A stretch of DNA of 43,983 bases from Stegostoma tigrinum (lineage: Eukaryota). A program made the translations under genes and the position numbers. Below, piece by piece: positions 42,990 to 43,983 of this stretch. The stretch lies in contig NC_081393.1 in the NCBI RefSeq assembly GCF_030684315.1, positions 2,194,281 to 2,238,263 on the forward strand. The letters are read 5' to 3'. The notes beneath the pieces were generated by a model. It was not told the origin of the DNA, searched no databases, and saw only the letters and a list, made by a program, of their open reading frames with translations. Positions within the stretch are counted from its first letter, which is position 1. Each line of letters starts with the position of its first letter.

Positions 42990-43983
42990 GTCTGTGGCAT
43001 GGAACATGTTGCAGCTGTCCTGCTGAAACCTCAGATCGGAAGTCCTACGCATGGAAGTTGAGTGAACTGAAAAACAGCAAATGGCAGCAGATACTGCTTG
43101 GAGTTACTTACATGTCACCCAACAGAAATCGTGAGGGACATAGTACGAGTGAAGAGAAGCTTGCATCATGGACCAGTTATCATAGTGACTTCAACTGAAT
43201 ATTACACTGTGTAAAGCAACTGAGCATGAACGCTGTTGGGAATGAATTGATGCAGTATCACAGGAATGGTTTTCACAGGCAATATGCTGAGGAACCAACG
43301 AGAAGACATGCAATTTTTGATCCCGTATCTTGTAATGGAAAAGGGTTAATTAATAATTTTTTGGTTTAATGACCAAAAGCAGAATCAGGAGAACTCATCA
43401 TGGGGAATCACAAATTGGCGAACAAGCTAAAGGATAGCTTTGTGTTTGTTTTCATTGATGAAGACAAATAAAATCTCTCAGAATTAAAGATTCAAGTAAC
43501 TGAAAAGTCAAAAAGAATTAGTAACTGTAATAAGGCAAAACTGGAGAAATTCATGGGGCTGCATGTTGGTAAATCCCCAGGACCTAAACGTGGCATGGGG
43601 AGTGATGTACTGGTATGGATTAATGACTAACAGATAGAAAGCACACAGACTGTCAGAACAGATGAGTCTTTCTAGCATCGGCACAGTATCTTGCAGGGTA
43701 CCACCAGGATTAGTGCTTGGGCCCCAGTTCTTTCTCGGATATAACAAAGATTTGAGATGGGGACTGAATCTAAGATTTCCAAATTTGCAAATGATGCAAC
43801 GCCAAGTGGGAATGTGCGCTGTGGCAAGATGTAAAGTGACCTCAGGAGAGTTTGGGCAGGTCCAGTGAGTGCGCATGAAGATGGCACATGGAATGTAGAA
43901 AAATGTGACATTCCCCACTTTGGTACAAAGAACTGATGGGCTGATTATTTCTTGATTGTAAGATGTTGGCAAGTGTAGACGTT
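42990..43983 (+). mobile_element. Highly degenerate CR1 LINE
   Basis: aaatccccaggacct, gggtaccaccaggattagtgcttgggccccag ([10 protein letters not shown]-like), tccaaatttgcaaatgat (KFADD-like). Confidence 0.7.

Overview
Eukaryotic, intron-rich vertebrate DNA. The repeats (CR1/L2 LINEs, HE1-type tRNA SINEs, Penelope-type short elements) point to a cartilaginous fish, probably a shark; this is an inference. Three spliced genes can be rebuilt with GT-AG boundaries and consistent phases. (1) A beta-TrCP (BTRC/FBXW11 family) F-box/WD40 gene on the minus strand, with 7 coding exons from 17868 down to 1197, running off the left edge. (2) A complete 6-exon PBDC1 on the plus strand (19154-26193, 194 aa), head-to-head with the beta-TrCP gene. 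(3) The last 9 coding exons of XPO7 on the minus strand (41989-27724), tail-to-tail with PBDC1 and including a U12-type intron. Main observations: the beta-TrCP gene mixes BTRC and FBXW11 characters and sits beside XPO7, so it may be a third vertebrate beta-TrCP ohnolog that humans lack; two of its intronic minisatellites each amplify a sense-strand 5' splice-site motif; and several Penelope-type repeats carry minimal hammerhead-ribozyme cores, one intact and in pre-mRNA sense. Most ORFs in the supplied track are non-genic. All comparisons with human proteins are from memory, not from a database search.
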